Origin: Betaproteobacteria bacterium
Lineage (GTDB): Bacteria > Pseudomonadota > Gammaproteobacteria > Burkholderiales > JAHFQX01
Reading direction: 5' to 3'
Assembly: GCA_023259135.1 (NCBI GenBank)
Contig: JAHFQX010000007.1
Location: 7,529 to 71,528 of the forward strand
Length of the DNA stretch: 64,000 nt
This document shows positions 9,790 to 21,200 of this stretch, one piece after another. Positions within the stretch are counted from its first letter, which is position 1, and the number at the start of each line of letters is the position of its first letter. Below the pieces are notes generated by a model, which did no database searches, was not told the DNA's origin, and was given only the letters and a program-made list of their open reading frames with translations. The position numbers were made by a program, and so were the translations under genes.

Positions 9790-11028
9790 ATGTTGCGCCG
9801 CAGGGTAGCGATTACCGGCCTGGGAATTGTCTCCCCCGTCGGTATCGGAATCAAGGATTCCTGGGACAACGTTTTGGCGGGTCGTTCGGGTATCACCCGC
9901 ATTACCCGCTTCGATCCTAGTCTCTTTGCTTCTCAGATCGCCGGAGAGGTGAAGGATTTTGATGTCAGCCAATACCTGCCGGCCAAGGAAGCCCGGCGGA
10001 TGGATATTTTCATTCACTACGGGTTGGTTGCCGCTATTGAGGCCATTCAGGACGCAGGCCTGGCGGGGCATCCTGATAATGCGGAGCGCATCGGCATCAA
10101 TATCGGTTCCGGCATCGGCGGGTTGCCGATGATCGAGGATACCGACAAGGTCTATCAGCAGTCCGGTCCTAGAAAAATTTCTCCCTTTTTCATTCCCGGC
10201 ACCATCATCAATATGATCTCCGGGAATCTATCCATCATGTATGGATTCAAGGGGCCGAACTTGGCCATCGTCAGTGCTTGCGCCACCGCCACTCACTGCA
10301 TTGGCGACTCGGCGCGATGGATCGAATATGGGGATGCCGACATCATGATTGCGGGAGGTGCCGAATCCTGCATCACCCCTTTGGCGGTGGGGGGGTTTGC
10401 CGCGGCCCGGGCGCTGAGTACCCGTAACGACGATCCTGCGACCGCAAGCCGGCCCTGGGATGTGGAGCGCGATGGATTTGTGATAGGTGAGGGCGCTGGC
10501 GTGCTCGTCCTGGAAGAGATGGAACATGCCAAGCGCCGGGGTGCCACCATCTATGCCGAACTCGCCGGTTTCGGCATGGGGGCCGATGCCCATCATATCA
10601 CTGCCCCCTGCGAAGATGGGGAGGGCCCCGCCCGCTGCATGAGTATTGCGCTCAAGAATGCGGGCATGGCATTGGACGAAATTGATTACATCAATGCCCA
10701 TGGCACTTCGACGCCCTTGGGAGACATCGCCGAGACCGTGGCGGTAAAACGCTGTTTCGGGGACCATGCGAAACGACTGGCGGTGAGCTCCACCAAATCC
10801 ATGACCGGCCATCTGCTGGGAGCGGCAGGGGGAGTCGAGGCCATTTTCAGCGCCTTGGCCATTAAGCACCAGGTTGCCCCACCCACCATCAACCTGGGCC
10901 AGCAGGACCCGCAGTGCGATTTAGATTACATTCCCAACATGGCCCGGAAAATCAGCATCCGGGGAGCCCTATCAAATTCCTTTGGGTTCGGTGGAACCAA
11001 CGCGACCTTGGTGTTTCGCCGAGTTTAG
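9790..11028 (+). CDS. fabF: 3-oxoacyl-ACP synthase II
   Basis: 412 aa. RRVAITGLGIVSPVG, active-site Cys in IVSACATATHCIG, His contexts NAHGTSTPLGD and KSMTGHLLGAAG. Confidence 0.9.
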   Translation: MLRRRVAITGLGIVSPVGIGIKDSWDNVLAGRSGITRITRFDPSLFASQIAGEVKDFDVSQYLPAKEARRMDIFIHYGLVAAIEAIQDAGLAGHPDNAERIGINIGSGIGGLPMIEDTDKVYQQSGPRKISPFFIPGTIINMISGNLSIMYGFKGPNLAIVSACATATHCIGDSARWIEYGDADIMIAGGAESCITPLAVGGFAAARALSTRNDDPATASRPWDVERDGFVIGEGAGVLVLEEMEHAKRRGATIYAELAGFGMGADAHHITAPCEDGEGPARCMSIALKNAGMALDEIDYINAHGTSTPLGDIAETVAVKRCFGDHAKRLAVSSTKSMTGHLLGAAGGVEAIFSALAIKHQVAPPTINLGQQDPQCDLDYIPNMARKISIRGALSNSFGFGGTNATLVFRRV

Positions 11029-11099
11029 ACCCGATCCTTCTGGCATTCCCGGTCCAGGCGATTTAACCCCCTGCCCCCAGTTGAGCCGGAAAGCAAGAA

Positions 11100-11915
11100 A
11101 TGAATCTCGTCAACGGCCGGGAATCCGATAGCGTGAGTTTGGATGATCGCGGTTTGGCTTATGGAGACGGCGTATTCCGCACCGTGCAAATTCAGGGAGG
11201 GCGCCCTCTGCACTGGGAGCGTCATCGACGTAAGCTGCTCAGCGACTGCATGGGACTCGGAATCCCTATCCCGAGCCTCGATGCCTTGGAGCGGGATGTT
11301 GCGCTGGCCTGCTCTCGGGAGCCCGAGGCCGTTCTTAAAATCATCGTCACCCGCGGCGTAGCCGGGCGAGGCTATGCTCCGCCTCCCGACCCGCAACCTA
11401 CCCATATCGTCCGCACCGCCCCCTCCCCTTCGTACCCGCCCCATTACGCCCAATCCGGAGTTCGGTTGCATCTTTGCGCTTTGCGCTTGGCCTGGCAGCC
11501 CAGGTTGGCTGGGATCAAGCATCTAAACCGGCTGGAGAACGTGCTGGCCCGGGCGGAATGGGATGATCCGGAGCTTGCGGAGGGGTTGTTACTGGACATC
11601 GAGGATAACGCCATCGAAGGCACCATGAGCAACTTGTTCATCGTCGAGGCGGGGATCTGTGCCACCCCCTCTTTGGGTCGTTGCGGGGTGGCCGGAGTAC
11701 AGCGGGGGCGTGTTCTGCAATGGGCGGTCCAAACCGCCACTCCTTGCCGAGAGGAAAATATTCCCTTGCCTCGCTTGCTGAAGGCCGACGAGGTTTTCCT
11801 TGTCAATAGCCTGATTGGCCTGTGGCCGGTACGAGAGGTCGGCGGGCAAATCTGGGACCGCTGGCCGGTGGCTGCCCAGATCAGCCAATGGTTGGCCCGA
11901 GACGATGGCGCATAA
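11100..11915 (+). CDS. pabC: Aminodeoxychorismate lyase (class IV aminotransferase fold)
   Basis: 271 aa. DRGLAYGDGVFRT, GIKHLNRLENVLA (PLP Lys context), SNLFIV. fabF-pabC-mltG-tmk synteny as in E. coli. Confidence 0.75.
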   Translation: MNLVNGRESDSVSLDDRGLAYGDGVFRTVQIQGGRPLHWERHRRKLLSDCMGLGIPIPSLDALERDVALACSREPEAVLKIIVTRGVAGRGYAPPPDPQPTHIVRTAPSPSYPPHYAQSGVRLHLCALRLAWQPRLAGIKHLNRLENVLARAEWDDPELAEGLLLDIEDNAIEGTMSNLFIVEAGICATPSLGRCGVAGVQRGRVLQWAVQTATPCREENIPLPRLLKADEVFLVNSLIGLWPVREVGGQIWDRWPVAAQISQWLARDDGA

Positions 11916-12903
11916 GCCTCATCCACAGCGTAAACGACGCTGGCTATTTTTGATTCTGTTGGCACCGCTCATTGGATTGGCAGTCTATGGGTTTATGCCC
12001 CTCAGCCCGCCCCAAACGCCTTTTCAGTTTACCTTGAAAAACGGCAGCACTTTGCGCTCTGCCGCCGGCCATATGGCGGAAGTCGGCATACTCAAAAATC
12101 CCCCAATTTTTGTCGTGCTGGCTCGGGCCTTGGGCAAAGCCGGAGCAGTGAAGGCCGGGACCTACGAATTGGAACGGCCCATCAGTCCCCTGAACCTGCT
12201 GTTGCTGATTACCCGGGGAGAAGCCCGGCTGGACAGCATTACCTTCGTGGAGGGTTGGACTTTTCGGCAGATGCGGACAGCCTTGGATACTCACCCGGCA
12301 GTGGCACATACCCTTGGGAGCATAGGGGAAAAGCAACTGCCGGAGCTTTTGGGGGTAGAGGAGCCTTCGGTGGAAGGGCTCTTTTTTCCGGATACCTATT
12401 TTTTCAGCCATGGCACCAAGGACGTCGATATCCTCCGCAAGGCTCGCGCCGCCATGCAGTCCCAGCTGACAACCCAATGGCTATCCCGTCGCTCCGACCT
12501 GCCTATTGCCACCCCTTATGAAGCTTTGATCGTTGCTTCTATCGTGGAAAAAGAAACCGGGCGGGAACAAGACCGGCCTCTGGTGGCCGCGGTGCTAATG
12601 AACCGGCTACGCCTAGGTATGCGGCTGCAAGTCGATCCTACGGTTATTTACGGCCTCGGGGACAAGTTCGACGGCAATCTGAGAAAACGGGACTTGATCG
12701 CCGATCAGCCCTACAATACTTATGTGAGAGTCGGTTTACCGCCTACCCCGATTTGCATGCCGGGTTTAAGCTCGCTGTCGGCAGTCCTACGTCCGGCGGA
12801 CAATTCTGCGTTGTACTTTGTCTCCCGAGGGGACGGGAGTACCCATTTTTCCTCTTCCCTGTCGGCCCACGAACAAGCCGTCAACAAATACCAAAAACCA
12901 TGA
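11905..12903 (+). CDS. mltG: Endolytic murein transglycosylase MltG (YceG family)
   Basis: Track ORF 11815..12903 trimmed to ATG 11905 ([22 protein letters not shown] = cytoplasmic tail plus TM). YceG motifs [34 protein letters not shown]. Confidence 0.85.
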   Translation: MAHKPHPQRKRRWLFLILLAPLIGLAVYGFMPLSPPQTPFQFTLKNGSTLRSAAGHMAEVGILKNPPIFVVLARALGKAGAVKAGTYELERPISPLNLLLLITRGEARLDSITFVEGWTFRQMRTALDTHPAVAHTLGSIGEKQLPELLGVEEPSVEGLFFPDTYFFSHGTKDVDILRKARAAMQSQLTTQWLSRRSDLPIATPYEALIVASIVEKETGREQDRPLVAAVLMNRLRLGMRLQVDPTVIYGLGDKFDGNLRKRDLIADQPYNTYVRVGLPPTPICMPGLSSLSAVLRPADNSALYFVSRGDGSTHFSSSLSAHEQAVNKYQKP

Positions 12904-13508
12904 AAGGGCGGTTCATTACCTTGGAGGGAATCGATGGCGCGGGTAAAAGCACCCATCTGCCCATTCTCGTGGAATTTCTGAAACATCGAGGCTACTCCGT
13001 GCTGCTCACCCGCGAGCCTGGTGGCACCCCCTTGGGAGAATCCCTGCGGGAATTGCTGCTCACCCGCTCCATGGACTCGGAGACCGAGACTTTACTGATG
13101 TTCGCCGCTCGCAAGGAACATTTGACCCAATGCATTCTCCCAGCCATCGAGATTGGCACCTGGGTAGTTTGCGACCGTTTCACCGATGCCTCTTTTGCTT
13201 ATCAAGGGGGTGGGAGGGGAGTGGCGTTGGACAAGCTCACCGCATTGGAGCAGTGGGTACATCCTGATTTTCAGCCCGACCTGACCCTGCTATTCGATCT
13301 GCCCCCGGCCCTGGGCAAAGCTCGGATTGCCGATGGCAGGGCATTGGACCGCTTTGAGCAAGAAGAGCAAGGCTTTTTCCAACGCGTACGGAACGCTTAC
13401 CTGGAGCGAGCATCCCAAGCCTCCCAGCGCATTCGGATTATCGACGCTTCGAAGACCCAGGAAGAAGTTCACAAAGAACTTCAAGATATTATTTTAACAA
13501 TATGTTAA
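12900..13508 (+). CDS. tmk: Thymidylate kinase
   Basis: Track ORF 12753..13508 trimmed to ATG 12900 (ATGA overlap with the mltG stop). [19 protein letters not shown]-loop, [11 protein letters not shown]...S..AYQG. Confidence 0.9.
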   Translation: MKGRFITLEGIDGAGKSTHLPILVEFLKHRGYSVLLTREPGGTPLGESLRELLLTRSMDSETETLLMFAARKEHLTQCILPAIEIGTWVVCDRFTDASFAYQGGGRGVALDKLTALEQWVHPDFQPDLTLLFDLPPALGKARIADGRALDRFEQEEQGFFQRVRNAYLERASQASQRIRIIDASKTQEEVHKELQDIILTIC

Positions 13509-14566
13509 ATAATATATTTTCATGGCAAGAGGCTCTCTGGGCCCAAATTCTTGCTCAGCCGAATGGCTTTCCCCCAGGCTTGTTGTTGAAGGCTCGCCAG
13601 GGAACAGGGGAGGAATCCTTCGGGCATGCTCTGGCCCAATTTATGTTGTGCGAAAGTCCCACCTCCAAAGGCGCGTGTGGAAATTGCCTGGCCTGCGGCT
13701 GGTTTGGCTCCGGAACCCATCCCGATTTTCAACGGGTTACCCTGGCTGAAAGCGTCGAAGGTCGAGAAGGAGAAGGGGCGGGAGAGGGAGAAGAGCCCGA
13801 ATCCGACGGCGAAAAAAATGGATCCAAAAAACGTAAAGCCCCCCAGTTCATCACTATTAACGCTATCCGCGCCCTATCACCGTTGCTTCAGGAAACAGCC
13901 CATCGAGGAAAAGCCAAAGTGGTGCTGCTCTATCCTGCCGAGGCGCTCAACAACAACGCCGCTAACGCTCTTTTGAAAAGCCTGGAGGAGCCGTCTCCCC
14001 ACACCCATTTCATTCTCATCTGTCATCGCCCCCGGGCCGTGCTTCCCACTATTCTCAGCCGCTGCCGGCAACTGTCGTTGCCAGCACCCGACGTGCCGAC
14101 TTCTGTGGCCTGGCTGGAGCAGCAGGGCGTGGTTGATGCCCGGCTGGCCCTGGCCCAGGCCGGATACGCTCCCCTGGCCGCACTGATGCTGGGAGAAGGA
14201 AATTACTGGGAACGGCGCCAGCAGTTTCTGGAAATCTTGGGGCGTGGCCGGATAGCCCTGGGCAGGGTGGGGGATTGGCTAAAAGAGGGTGAAGAGGTCC
14301 GCCTGTTGGGGTGGCTGGAATACTGGTGCTACGATCTGCTCTGCCTCAAGTCCACTGGCCGTATCCGATATCATTTAGATTCTCGGCCGATTCTCGAAAA
14401 ACTATCCAAGTCGATTGGGCATGGGGAACTGACCCGGTGCTATCGTTGGCTGTTGCGCGAACATCGCGCTCTGCAACACCCTTTGAATCGTAAGCTGCTG
14501 GTAGAACGCTGGCTTGCGGAATATTCCCGATTGTTCCAGACGACAGAAATTCAACGCGCTGCGTAA
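13502..14566 (+). CDS. holB: DNA polymerase III delta' subunit
   Basis: 354 aa. Zn module [31 protein letters not shown] motif TILSRCRQL. Carries an acidic insert (see findings). tmk-holB-tatD synteny. Confidence 0.8.
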   Translation: MLNNIFSWQEALWAQILAQPNGFPPGLLLKARQGTGEESFGHALAQFMLCESPTSKGACGNCLACGWFGSGTHPDFQRVTLAESVEGREGEGAGEGEEPESDGEKNGSKKRKAPQFITINAIRALSPLLQETAHRGKAKVVLLYPAEALNNNAANALLKSLEEPSPHTHFILICHRPRAVLPTILSRCRQLSLPAPDVPTSVAWLEQQGVVDARLALAQAGYAPLAALMLGEGNYWERRQQFLEILGRGRIALGRVGDWLKEGEEVRLLGWLEYWCYDLLCLKSTGRIRYHLDSRPILEKLSKSIGHGELTRCYRWLLREHRALQHPLNRKLLVERWLAEYSRLFQTTEIQRAA

Positions 14567-14576
14567 CTGCGTAACC

Positions 14577-15353
14577 ATGAGCCCCTTGGTCGATTCTCAC
14601 TGCCACCTGGATTTTCCTGAGCTCGCATCCCGTTTGCCGGAAGTCATGGCAGGCATGGCCCGGCAGGGGGTGGGCTACACCTTGTGCGTAGGAGTCACGA
14701 TGTCTCATTTTCCTAGAGTGCTTGAAGTGGCGAGAATCCACCCTCATGTATTCGCTTCCGTAGGGGTGCATCCGGATCATCAAGAAGAACAAGAACCCTC
14801 CATTGGCTGCTTGGTGGAATCGGCCGGTCATCCGAAGGTGGTGGCCATCGGCGAAACCGGACTGGATTACTTCCGTCTCAGGGGGGATATGGCGTGGCAA
14901 AAAGAACGTTTTCGGACCCACATTCGGGCGGCGCGAGAATGCGGCAAGCCCCTTATTGTTCATTGCCGGGAAGCGGCTGCCGATACCCTGGACATCCTGG
15001 AACAGGAAAATGCCCGCGAAGTGGGGGGGGTGATGCACTGCTTCACTGAAAGTTGGGAAACAGCCCAACGAGCCATGGAGTTAAGCTTCTATATTTCCTT
15101 TTCCGGCATCGTCACCTTCAAGAACGCCGCCGCGGTGAAAGAGGTCGCCAAGCTCGTCCCAGCCGAGCGGCTGCTGGTGGAAACGGATTCCCCCTACCTG
15201 GCGCCGACACCCCATCGCGGGAAAACCAATGAACCAGCCTACGTGCGCCATGTGGCGGAAGAGATTGGGCGCCTGCGCGGGATTCCGCTGGAAGAAGTGG
15301 CTGAAACGACCACCCGGAATTTTTTCCAATTGTTCACCGTAGCCCACCCATGA
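14577..15353 (+). CDS. TatD-family metal-dependent hydrolase (YcfH-like)
   Basis: Track ORF 14514..15353 trimmed to ATG 14577 (MSPLVDSHCHLDF). AIGETGLDY, LIVHCREA, GVMHCF, ETDSPYLAP. Confidence 0.85.
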   Translation: MSPLVDSHCHLDFPELASRLPEVMAGMARQGVGYTLCVGVTMSHFPRVLEVARIHPHVFASVGVHPDHQEEQEPSIGCLVESAGHPKVVAIGETGLDYFRLRGDMAWQKERFRTHIRAARECGKPLIVHCREAAADTLDILEQENAREVGGVMHCFTESWETAQRAMELSFYISFSGIVTFKNAAAVKEVAKLVPAERLLVETDSPYLAPTPHRGKTNEPAYVRHVAEEIGRLRGIPLEEVAETTTRNFFQLFTVAHP

Positions 15354-16006
15354 CGCCCCAAGTCTTGCGCCATTCTTGGGGGTTATTATTGGCGGCGCTG
15401 CTGACAGCCTTGGTAACAGTCCCCGGTTGGGCGGAATCCTACGACGATATCCTGCAAGCAGTTAAGGTCGGGGATATCGCCACCGCGACACAACTGCTGC
15501 GGAGCGGTATGGATATCAATACCGTTGATGCGGATGGCAATACCCTGTTGATCCTTGCTTGCCGGGAGCAAAATTGGGCAGTAGCAAAGGCCCTGCTGGG
15601 GTTTCGACCCAAACTGGACAGCCGCAACCGGTATGGCGAAACAGCCCTGATGCTAGCAGCTGCCAAGGGGTCGGTAGATCTGGTGGAAACCTTACTGGAG
15701 CGGGGAGCCGCTCTAAACCATCCGGGCTGGACCGCACTGAGTTACGCCGCCTGGGCAGGTCAAACTGGGATTGTTCGGCTACTGCTGCAACGGGGTGCCA
15801 TGATCAATGCCGAATCCGACAATAGCACCACCCCCCTCATGATGGCCGTCCGGGGAGGTCATCTGGAAACCGTGTTGATTCTGCTGGAATTCGGTGCAGA
15901 CATTAACCACAAAAATAGCTCCGGCGGCAGCGCCTTAGGGTGGGCCATCGACACGGGCAACACGGACATCGCCGAACTTCTGATTCGAGCCGGCGCAGAG
16001 GAATAA
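15350..16006 (+). CDS. Secreted ankyrin-repeat protein
   Basis: 218 aa. Signal-peptide-like N-terminus LLLAALLTALVTVPGWA, then about five ankyrin repeats (DADGNTLLILAC, NRYGETALMLAAAKGSVDLVETLLERGA, GWTALSYAAWAGQTGIVRLLLQRGA, TTPLMMAVRGGHLETVLILLEFGADIN, GGSALGWAIDTGNTDIAELLIRAGA). Confidence 0.8.
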   Translation: MTPQVLRHSWGLLLAALLTALVTVPGWAESYDDILQAVKVGDIATATQLLRSGMDINTVDADGNTLLILACREQNWAVAKALLGFRPKLDSRNRYGETALMLAAAKGSVDLVETLLERGAALNHPGWTALSYAAWAGQTGIVRLLLQRGAMINAESDNSTTPLMMAVRGGHLETVLILLEFGADINHKNSSGGSALGWAIDTGNTDIAELLIRAGAEE

Positions 16007-16312
16007 TCCTCGGCCACTCGTCGCTCAAGGCTCTTGTGATTATCACGACTAACCTGATCTGGAATAGACCCGCCCGTCCCGGTCTGATGGATATTTTGTC
16101 TCCTGGGCCGGCTGGCCAGCAAATGTTGAGTCGTGCCGCCACCTCCGCCGGCGTAAGCCCAAGGTATATTTCCGTCAGGCTTTCATGGGTAATGTGCCGT
16201 CCACCGTGGCTAAATTTAACATAATATACATTATGCGTACTCTTCGAGCGCTTTCGCACTTGCTCGCGGCGCACGGGCTCGGCGCGGCGCGGCGCAGTCC
16301 GAGGCGGATTGA

Positions 16313-16548
16313 TTCCTCGATCCGGAGAACCTGCTCGCGCCCCTGCAAGCGGCCTCCTGCATCTACCGCATCGCGTTCGGGCCGCGGGCCGGGCGCAAAG
16401 TGCTGAGCTGGCGATACGCCGCGCGGCGTGCGGCGCCTTAGCGCGCATGAGTTGGGCGCGCTTGCTCAAGCGGGTGTTCGACATCGATATCGAACGCTAC
16501 CCGTAGTGCGGCGGCAAGATGAAGGTCATCGCGGCGATCGCCACGGAC
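16313..16548 (+). pseudogene. IS91-family (Y2, rolling-circle) transposase, middle and C-terminal fragments
   Basis: Own translation. One frame reads FLDPENLLAPLQAASCIYRIAFGPRAGRKVLS (16313 onward). A second frame reads ARMSWARLLKRVFDIDIERYP-stop(TAG 16504-16506)-CGGKMKVIAAI. Both strings match conserved mid and C-terminal blocks of IS91/ISCR transposases as I know them. Frames are broken and most of the gene is missing. Confidence 0.6.
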
Positions 16549-16655
16549 GCCGGCGCGGCGCGTGGAACTTTTTCAGGCGGCTTGATACACGAACGCGGAG
16601 CCGACGGGGGGGCTCGGCGTGCGCTCGTGCCCGAGTGCGGATTGCGGGAAAGCGG
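16549..16655. repeat. Left copy of ~110-bp direct repeat (tail following the IS91 fragments)
   Basis: gccggcgcggcgcgtggaactttttcaggcggcttgatacacgaacgcggagccgacggggggggctcggcgtgcgctcgtgcccgagtgcggattgcgggaaagcgg. Recurs at 21086..21200 in the same orientation with a few substitutions and one ~8-nt indel. Contains GC-rich hairpin-forming segments (gagcc...ggctc, ctcgg...ccgag). Confidence 0.85.
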
Positions 16656-16878
16656 ACGCAGCGAAGGGCGAGATTCTGCAGACAACAGCGGAACTTGCGT
16701 GAATTGTCACGCGATTGATGCCATCATGGGCGGAGGGATAGAGTGTCCCTGTGCGGAAAATTATGTTTAAAGTTCCTATGCCCAGCCGGCTCTAGGCAAC
16801 GCCACGAGAATGGCGGCGAACGGCGGAGCGGCGGGACTGATTATTTCAACGAGGCCCGACCCCATCGATCAAACACCA

Positions 16879-17886
16879 TCAGGCAATCGCCCTCGCCTGC
16901 GGACGGTTGATCGCGCCCTGAGGGGTCTCGCCGCGCAGCGCCTGGAGGATGCTGTGCGCCGCCTCAAGTTCGATATCGAGTCGCACCGCATCCACCGCCG
17001 AGCCGATGTGCGGCGTGAACAGAGTGCGCGCCCTGTCGTCGAGTAGCGCCTGCGGGATCGCGCGCGGCCGGTCGGGGCGCGCCCATTCTTCCATCTCGAA
17101 CACATCGGCGGCGTAGCCAGCCAACCGGCCGGAAGCGAGCGCCGCGACCACCGCCTGTTCGTCGACAACCGAGCCGCGGCAGGTGTTGATGAGGAAGGCG
17201 CCCGGTTTCATCTGTGTGAGCGCGCCGGCGTCGATCAGGTGCAGAGTCGCGCCGCAGTACGGAACCAACGGCACCACGAAGTTGCTCGCAGCGAGCAGCG
17301 CCGCCAGATCCATACGCTCAAGGTTCCAGCGCGTTTCCTTCTCCTTCGGCAGCCCCACCGGATCGGAATACAGCACGCGCATTCCGAAGCCCGCCAGACG
17401 TTGGGCGACGGCCTGGCCGACCGCGCCCATGCCGATTATGCCCAGCGTGTTGCCGGCAAGGCCGGCACCGTAGAGCACCGGGCGCCAACCGTTGAACTGG
17501 CCGCTGCGCACAAAGCGGTCGCCGGCCGGCACGTTGCGCGTCAGGCCGATCAGCAGGCCGATGGTCAGTTCCGCGGTCGGGATGGTGAGCAGATCCTGGA
17601 CAATGGTGACCCAAACGCCGCGACGGGTACACGCATCGACATCGTAGTTGTCATAGCCTTTGAGTGCGCAGGCGACCACGCGCAGTTGCGGGCAGGCGCG
17701 CAGGAATGCTTCGTCTACGCTGTCCGGCATGAAGGTCATGATGGCGGCGGCGGCCCGCGCCCGTCGCAGTATCTCTTCGGGCGCCAGAGTCTCGGGGCTG
17801 GCGTTGGGGATAACTTCGCCGTACCCAGCCAGCAGCGCAATGACCTCGGGGTGCACGCGATGAGTGAGGACGATTTTCGGTTTCAT
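16879..17886 (-). CDS. ptxD: Phosphite dehydrogenase (NAD-dependent phosphite:NAD+ oxidoreductase; D-2-hydroxyacid dehydrogenase family)
   Basis: 335 aa. NAD site [16 protein letters not shown]; catalytic Arg/Glu/His contexts [33 protein letters not shown]. The N-terminus [19 protein letters not shown] and overall string follow Pseudomonas stutzeri PtxD as I recall it. Last gene after a PhnCDE-type transporter, which is the ptxABCD layout. Confidence 0.8.
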   Translation of the reverse strand: MKPKIVLTHRVHPEVIALLAGYGEVIPNASPETLAPEEILRRARAAAAIMTFMPDSVDEAFLRACPQLRVVACALKGYDNYDVDACTRRGVWVTIVQDLLTIPTAELTIGLLIGLTRNVPAGDRFVRSGQFNGWRPVLYGAGLAGNTLGIIGMGAVGQAVAQRLAGFGMRVLYSDPVGLPKEKETRWNLERMDLAALLAASNFVVPLVPYCGATLHLIDAGALTQMKPGAFLINTCRGSVVDEQAVVAALASGRLAGYAADVFEMEEWARPDRPRAIPQALLDDRARTLFTPHIGSAVDAVRLDIELEAAHSILQALRGETPQGAINRPQARAIA

Positions 17887-17903
17887 CCGGCGTTGCTCCG
17901 GTC

Positions 17904-18710
17904 CTATTTGAATCGTTTTCTCAGCATGCCGCTGAAGGCATCCACCAGCGTCACCATTGCCAGAATCACCAGCAGCAACGCCGAGACTTCCTGGTACTGC
18001 ATAATGCGCAGCGAGCCCATCAACTCGAAACCGATGCCGCCGGCGCCGACCATGCCCATCACGGTCGAGGCGCGGAAGTTGTACTCCCAGCGGTAAATGG
18101 AGATGTCCGCCATCTGCGGCAGCACCTGCGGCAGGACACCATGCAGGACCACCTGCAGCGGCGTGCCGCCAGCGGCGCGCGCCGCCTCGATCGGCGCTTC
18201 GTCAGTGTGCTCGATGGCCTCGGCGAAGAATTTTCCGACCATGCCGATCGAGTGCAGGCCGAGCGCCAGCACCCCGGGCAAGGCGCCGAAACCGACCGCC
18301 GCGACGAAGATGATGCCCAGGATCAGTTCCGGCACGGAGCGCAAGCCGTTCAAAATCCCACGTGCCACCTGATAGACGGCCGGGTGCGGTGTGGTGTTGC
18401 GTGCCGCCAAGAACGCGAGTGGCACCGATAACGCCACCGCCAGCGCCGTGCCGGCCACACTCATGGCAAGCGTGTCGAACAGCGGCTTGATCCAGCCGCG
18501 CCAGCCGCCGAAATCAGGCGGCAGCATCTCGCTCAGCAGGCTGAACAGGCTCGGCACGCCCTCCGCCAGGCGCGCGCCGTCGAACAGCCCGACATAATAA
18601 GCGCACACCAGGATGACGGAGAACACCGCGGCAAGCCGCAGCGCATCGCGATTCCAGGCACTCTGCTCAGCGCTAAGTAACTGGTCGTAGTTCTGAAATG
18701 GGGTCGTCAT
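17904..18710 (-). CDS. ptxC: Phosphite/phosphonate ABC transporter permease (PhnE family)
   Basis: Track ORF 17904..18773 trimmed to ATG 18710 ([12 protein letters not shown]), 8 nt after the ptxB stop. Multi-TM; PhnE-type EAA-like loop [24 protein letters not shown]. Confidence 0.75.
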   Translation of the reverse strand: MTTPFQNYDQLLSAEQSAWNRDALRLAAVFSVILVCAYYVGLFDGARLAEGVPSLFSLLSEMLPPDFGGWRGWIKPLFDTLAMSVAGTALAVALSVPLAFLAARNTTPHPAVYQVARGILNGLRSVPELILGIIFVAAVGFGALPGVLALGLHSIGMVGKFFAEAIEHTDEAPIEAARAAGGTPLQVVLHGVLPQVLPQMADISIYRWEYNFRASTVMGMVGAGGIGFELMGSLRIMQYQEVSALLLVILAMVTLVDAFSGMLRKRFK

Positions 18711-18717
18711 CCGTCGT

Positions 18718-20396
<1,679 letters not shown>

Positions 20397-20514
20397 TCGC
20401 CTCCTGGACACCGGGATTACGATTCGATTTCACGATCAATCACGGGATTGGTTCGAGTAAATCCGATCAGCAAGCGGATTGGGTAAGCACCGCCGGGCAT
20501 GATGCGCTCACTTT

Positions 20515-20532
20515 GTGACGGTTTGATGAAGT
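20515..20532 (-). promoter_or_regulatory. Candidate Pho box upstream of ptxA (weak)
   Basis: Minus strand reads ACTTCAT-CAAA-CCGTCAC: two 7-mers with 11-bp periodicity and an A-rich spacer, against consensus CTGTCAT-AAAA-CTGTCAC (4/7 and 6/7 matches). Lies about 120 nt upstream of the ptxA ATG. Confidence 0.25.
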
Positions 20533-20622
20533 CGATATCCAAAAAATGATGGCCAGCTTGAGCAGGCGGGTGTGTCGCAAGATCAATGTCTTACGCTGGT
20601 CAGGCCTGGTTATCGACAGATC

Positions 20623-20705
20623 GTAGGGCGCATTAGCCGCAAGCGTAATGCGCCGAACAAAATCACATCCGGCGCAATGCGCTGCGCTTATTGCGCCCCG
20701 TCACG
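20623..20705. repeat. REP-like hairpin doublet (REPIN-like)
   Basis: GTAGG-GCGCATTA-gccgcaagcg-TAATGCGCC (9-bp perfect stem) at 20623..20654 and GGCGCAAT-gcgctgcgctt-ATTGCGCC-ccgtcac (8-bp perfect stem) at 20671..20705. Read in reverse, the second resembles the first, so the pair is inverted. The GTAG head is typical of REP elements. Track ORFs 20572.. and 20648.. read through it (VGRISRKRNAP...), which is typical REP pseudo-coding. Confidence 0.5.
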
Positions 20706-20721
20706 CCGTTTCCGGCAGGCC

Positions 20722-21085
20722 ATGGAATATAGCCCACTGCCGCGCTGCGGCGATCCGAGCTTGCCCCAATTCGTCAAAGACGAGTTCGATGCGTTTCTCG
20801 AATGTGGCATCCTTGCCCACGACGTCCTGTGGGTGCGCTGCGCCGGGTGCGGCCACGAGAAGCTGGTGGCGTTTTCCTGCAAGCGGCGTGGCATTTGCCC
20901 CTCGTGCGGGGCACGCCGCATGGCGGAGAGCCCCGCCTGGCTGGTTGATCGAATTATCTCCAAGGGGCCAGTGCGCCAATGGGTGCTCTCGTTCCCGATC
21001 CCGCTGCCCGGTATTGCAGATCATCCACCGGGTGATTGCGACGCATCTCATCAGGCAGGCGGGCGTCAAACCCAGTGAAGCGGCC
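20722..21085 (+). pseudogene. IS91-family (Y2) transposase, N-terminal fragments incl. zinc-binding domain
   Basis: Track ORF 20572..21078 contains LPQFVKDEFDAFLECGILAHDVLWVRCAGCGHEKLVAFSCKRRGICPSCGARRMAESPAWLVD...VRQWVLSFPIPL (IS91 zinc-binding N-terminal domain). After a frame change, ORF 20648..21295 continues IIHRVIATHLIRQAGV. The gene then breaks off into the repeat tail. The extreme N-terminus and the whole catalytic Y2 domain are absent. Confidence 0.65.
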
Positions 21086-21200
21086 GCCGGCCGCGGCGCG
21101 TGGAACTTTTTCAGGCGGCTTGATACGCGAACGCGGAGCCGATGGGAGGGCTCGGCGTGCGCTCGTGCCCGAGTGGGCGAGTGGGATTGCGGGAAAACGG
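21086..21200. repeat. Right copy of ~110-bp direct repeat
   Basis: gccggccgcggcgcgtggaactttttcaggcggcttgatacgcgaacgcggagccgatgggagggctcggcgtgcgctcgtgcccgagtgggcgagtgggattgcgggaaaacgg. Same orientation as 16549..16655. Homology ends at ...gcgggaaa(a/g)cgg in both copies. Confidence 0.85.

Noticed and set aside
16122-16214. Minus-strand translation FSHGGRHITHESLTEIYLGLTPAEVAARLNI resembles the C-terminal LGH-x-S-x-x-T-T-x-x-Y motif of tyrosine recombinases (a possible integrase remnant at the left island edge)
   Set aside because: The match covers only about 25 residues, the His-to-Tyr spacing is two residues short, and no upstream HxxR box is present. It is too degenerate to call without a profile search. 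If real, it would mark the left end of an older integrative element.
16660-16878. Non-coding stretch between the left repeat and the ptxD stop, examined for a ptxE (LysR) remnant or a terminator
   Set aside because: No frame shows LysR-type HTH motifs and there is no convincing GC-stem plus T-tract. Left unannotated.
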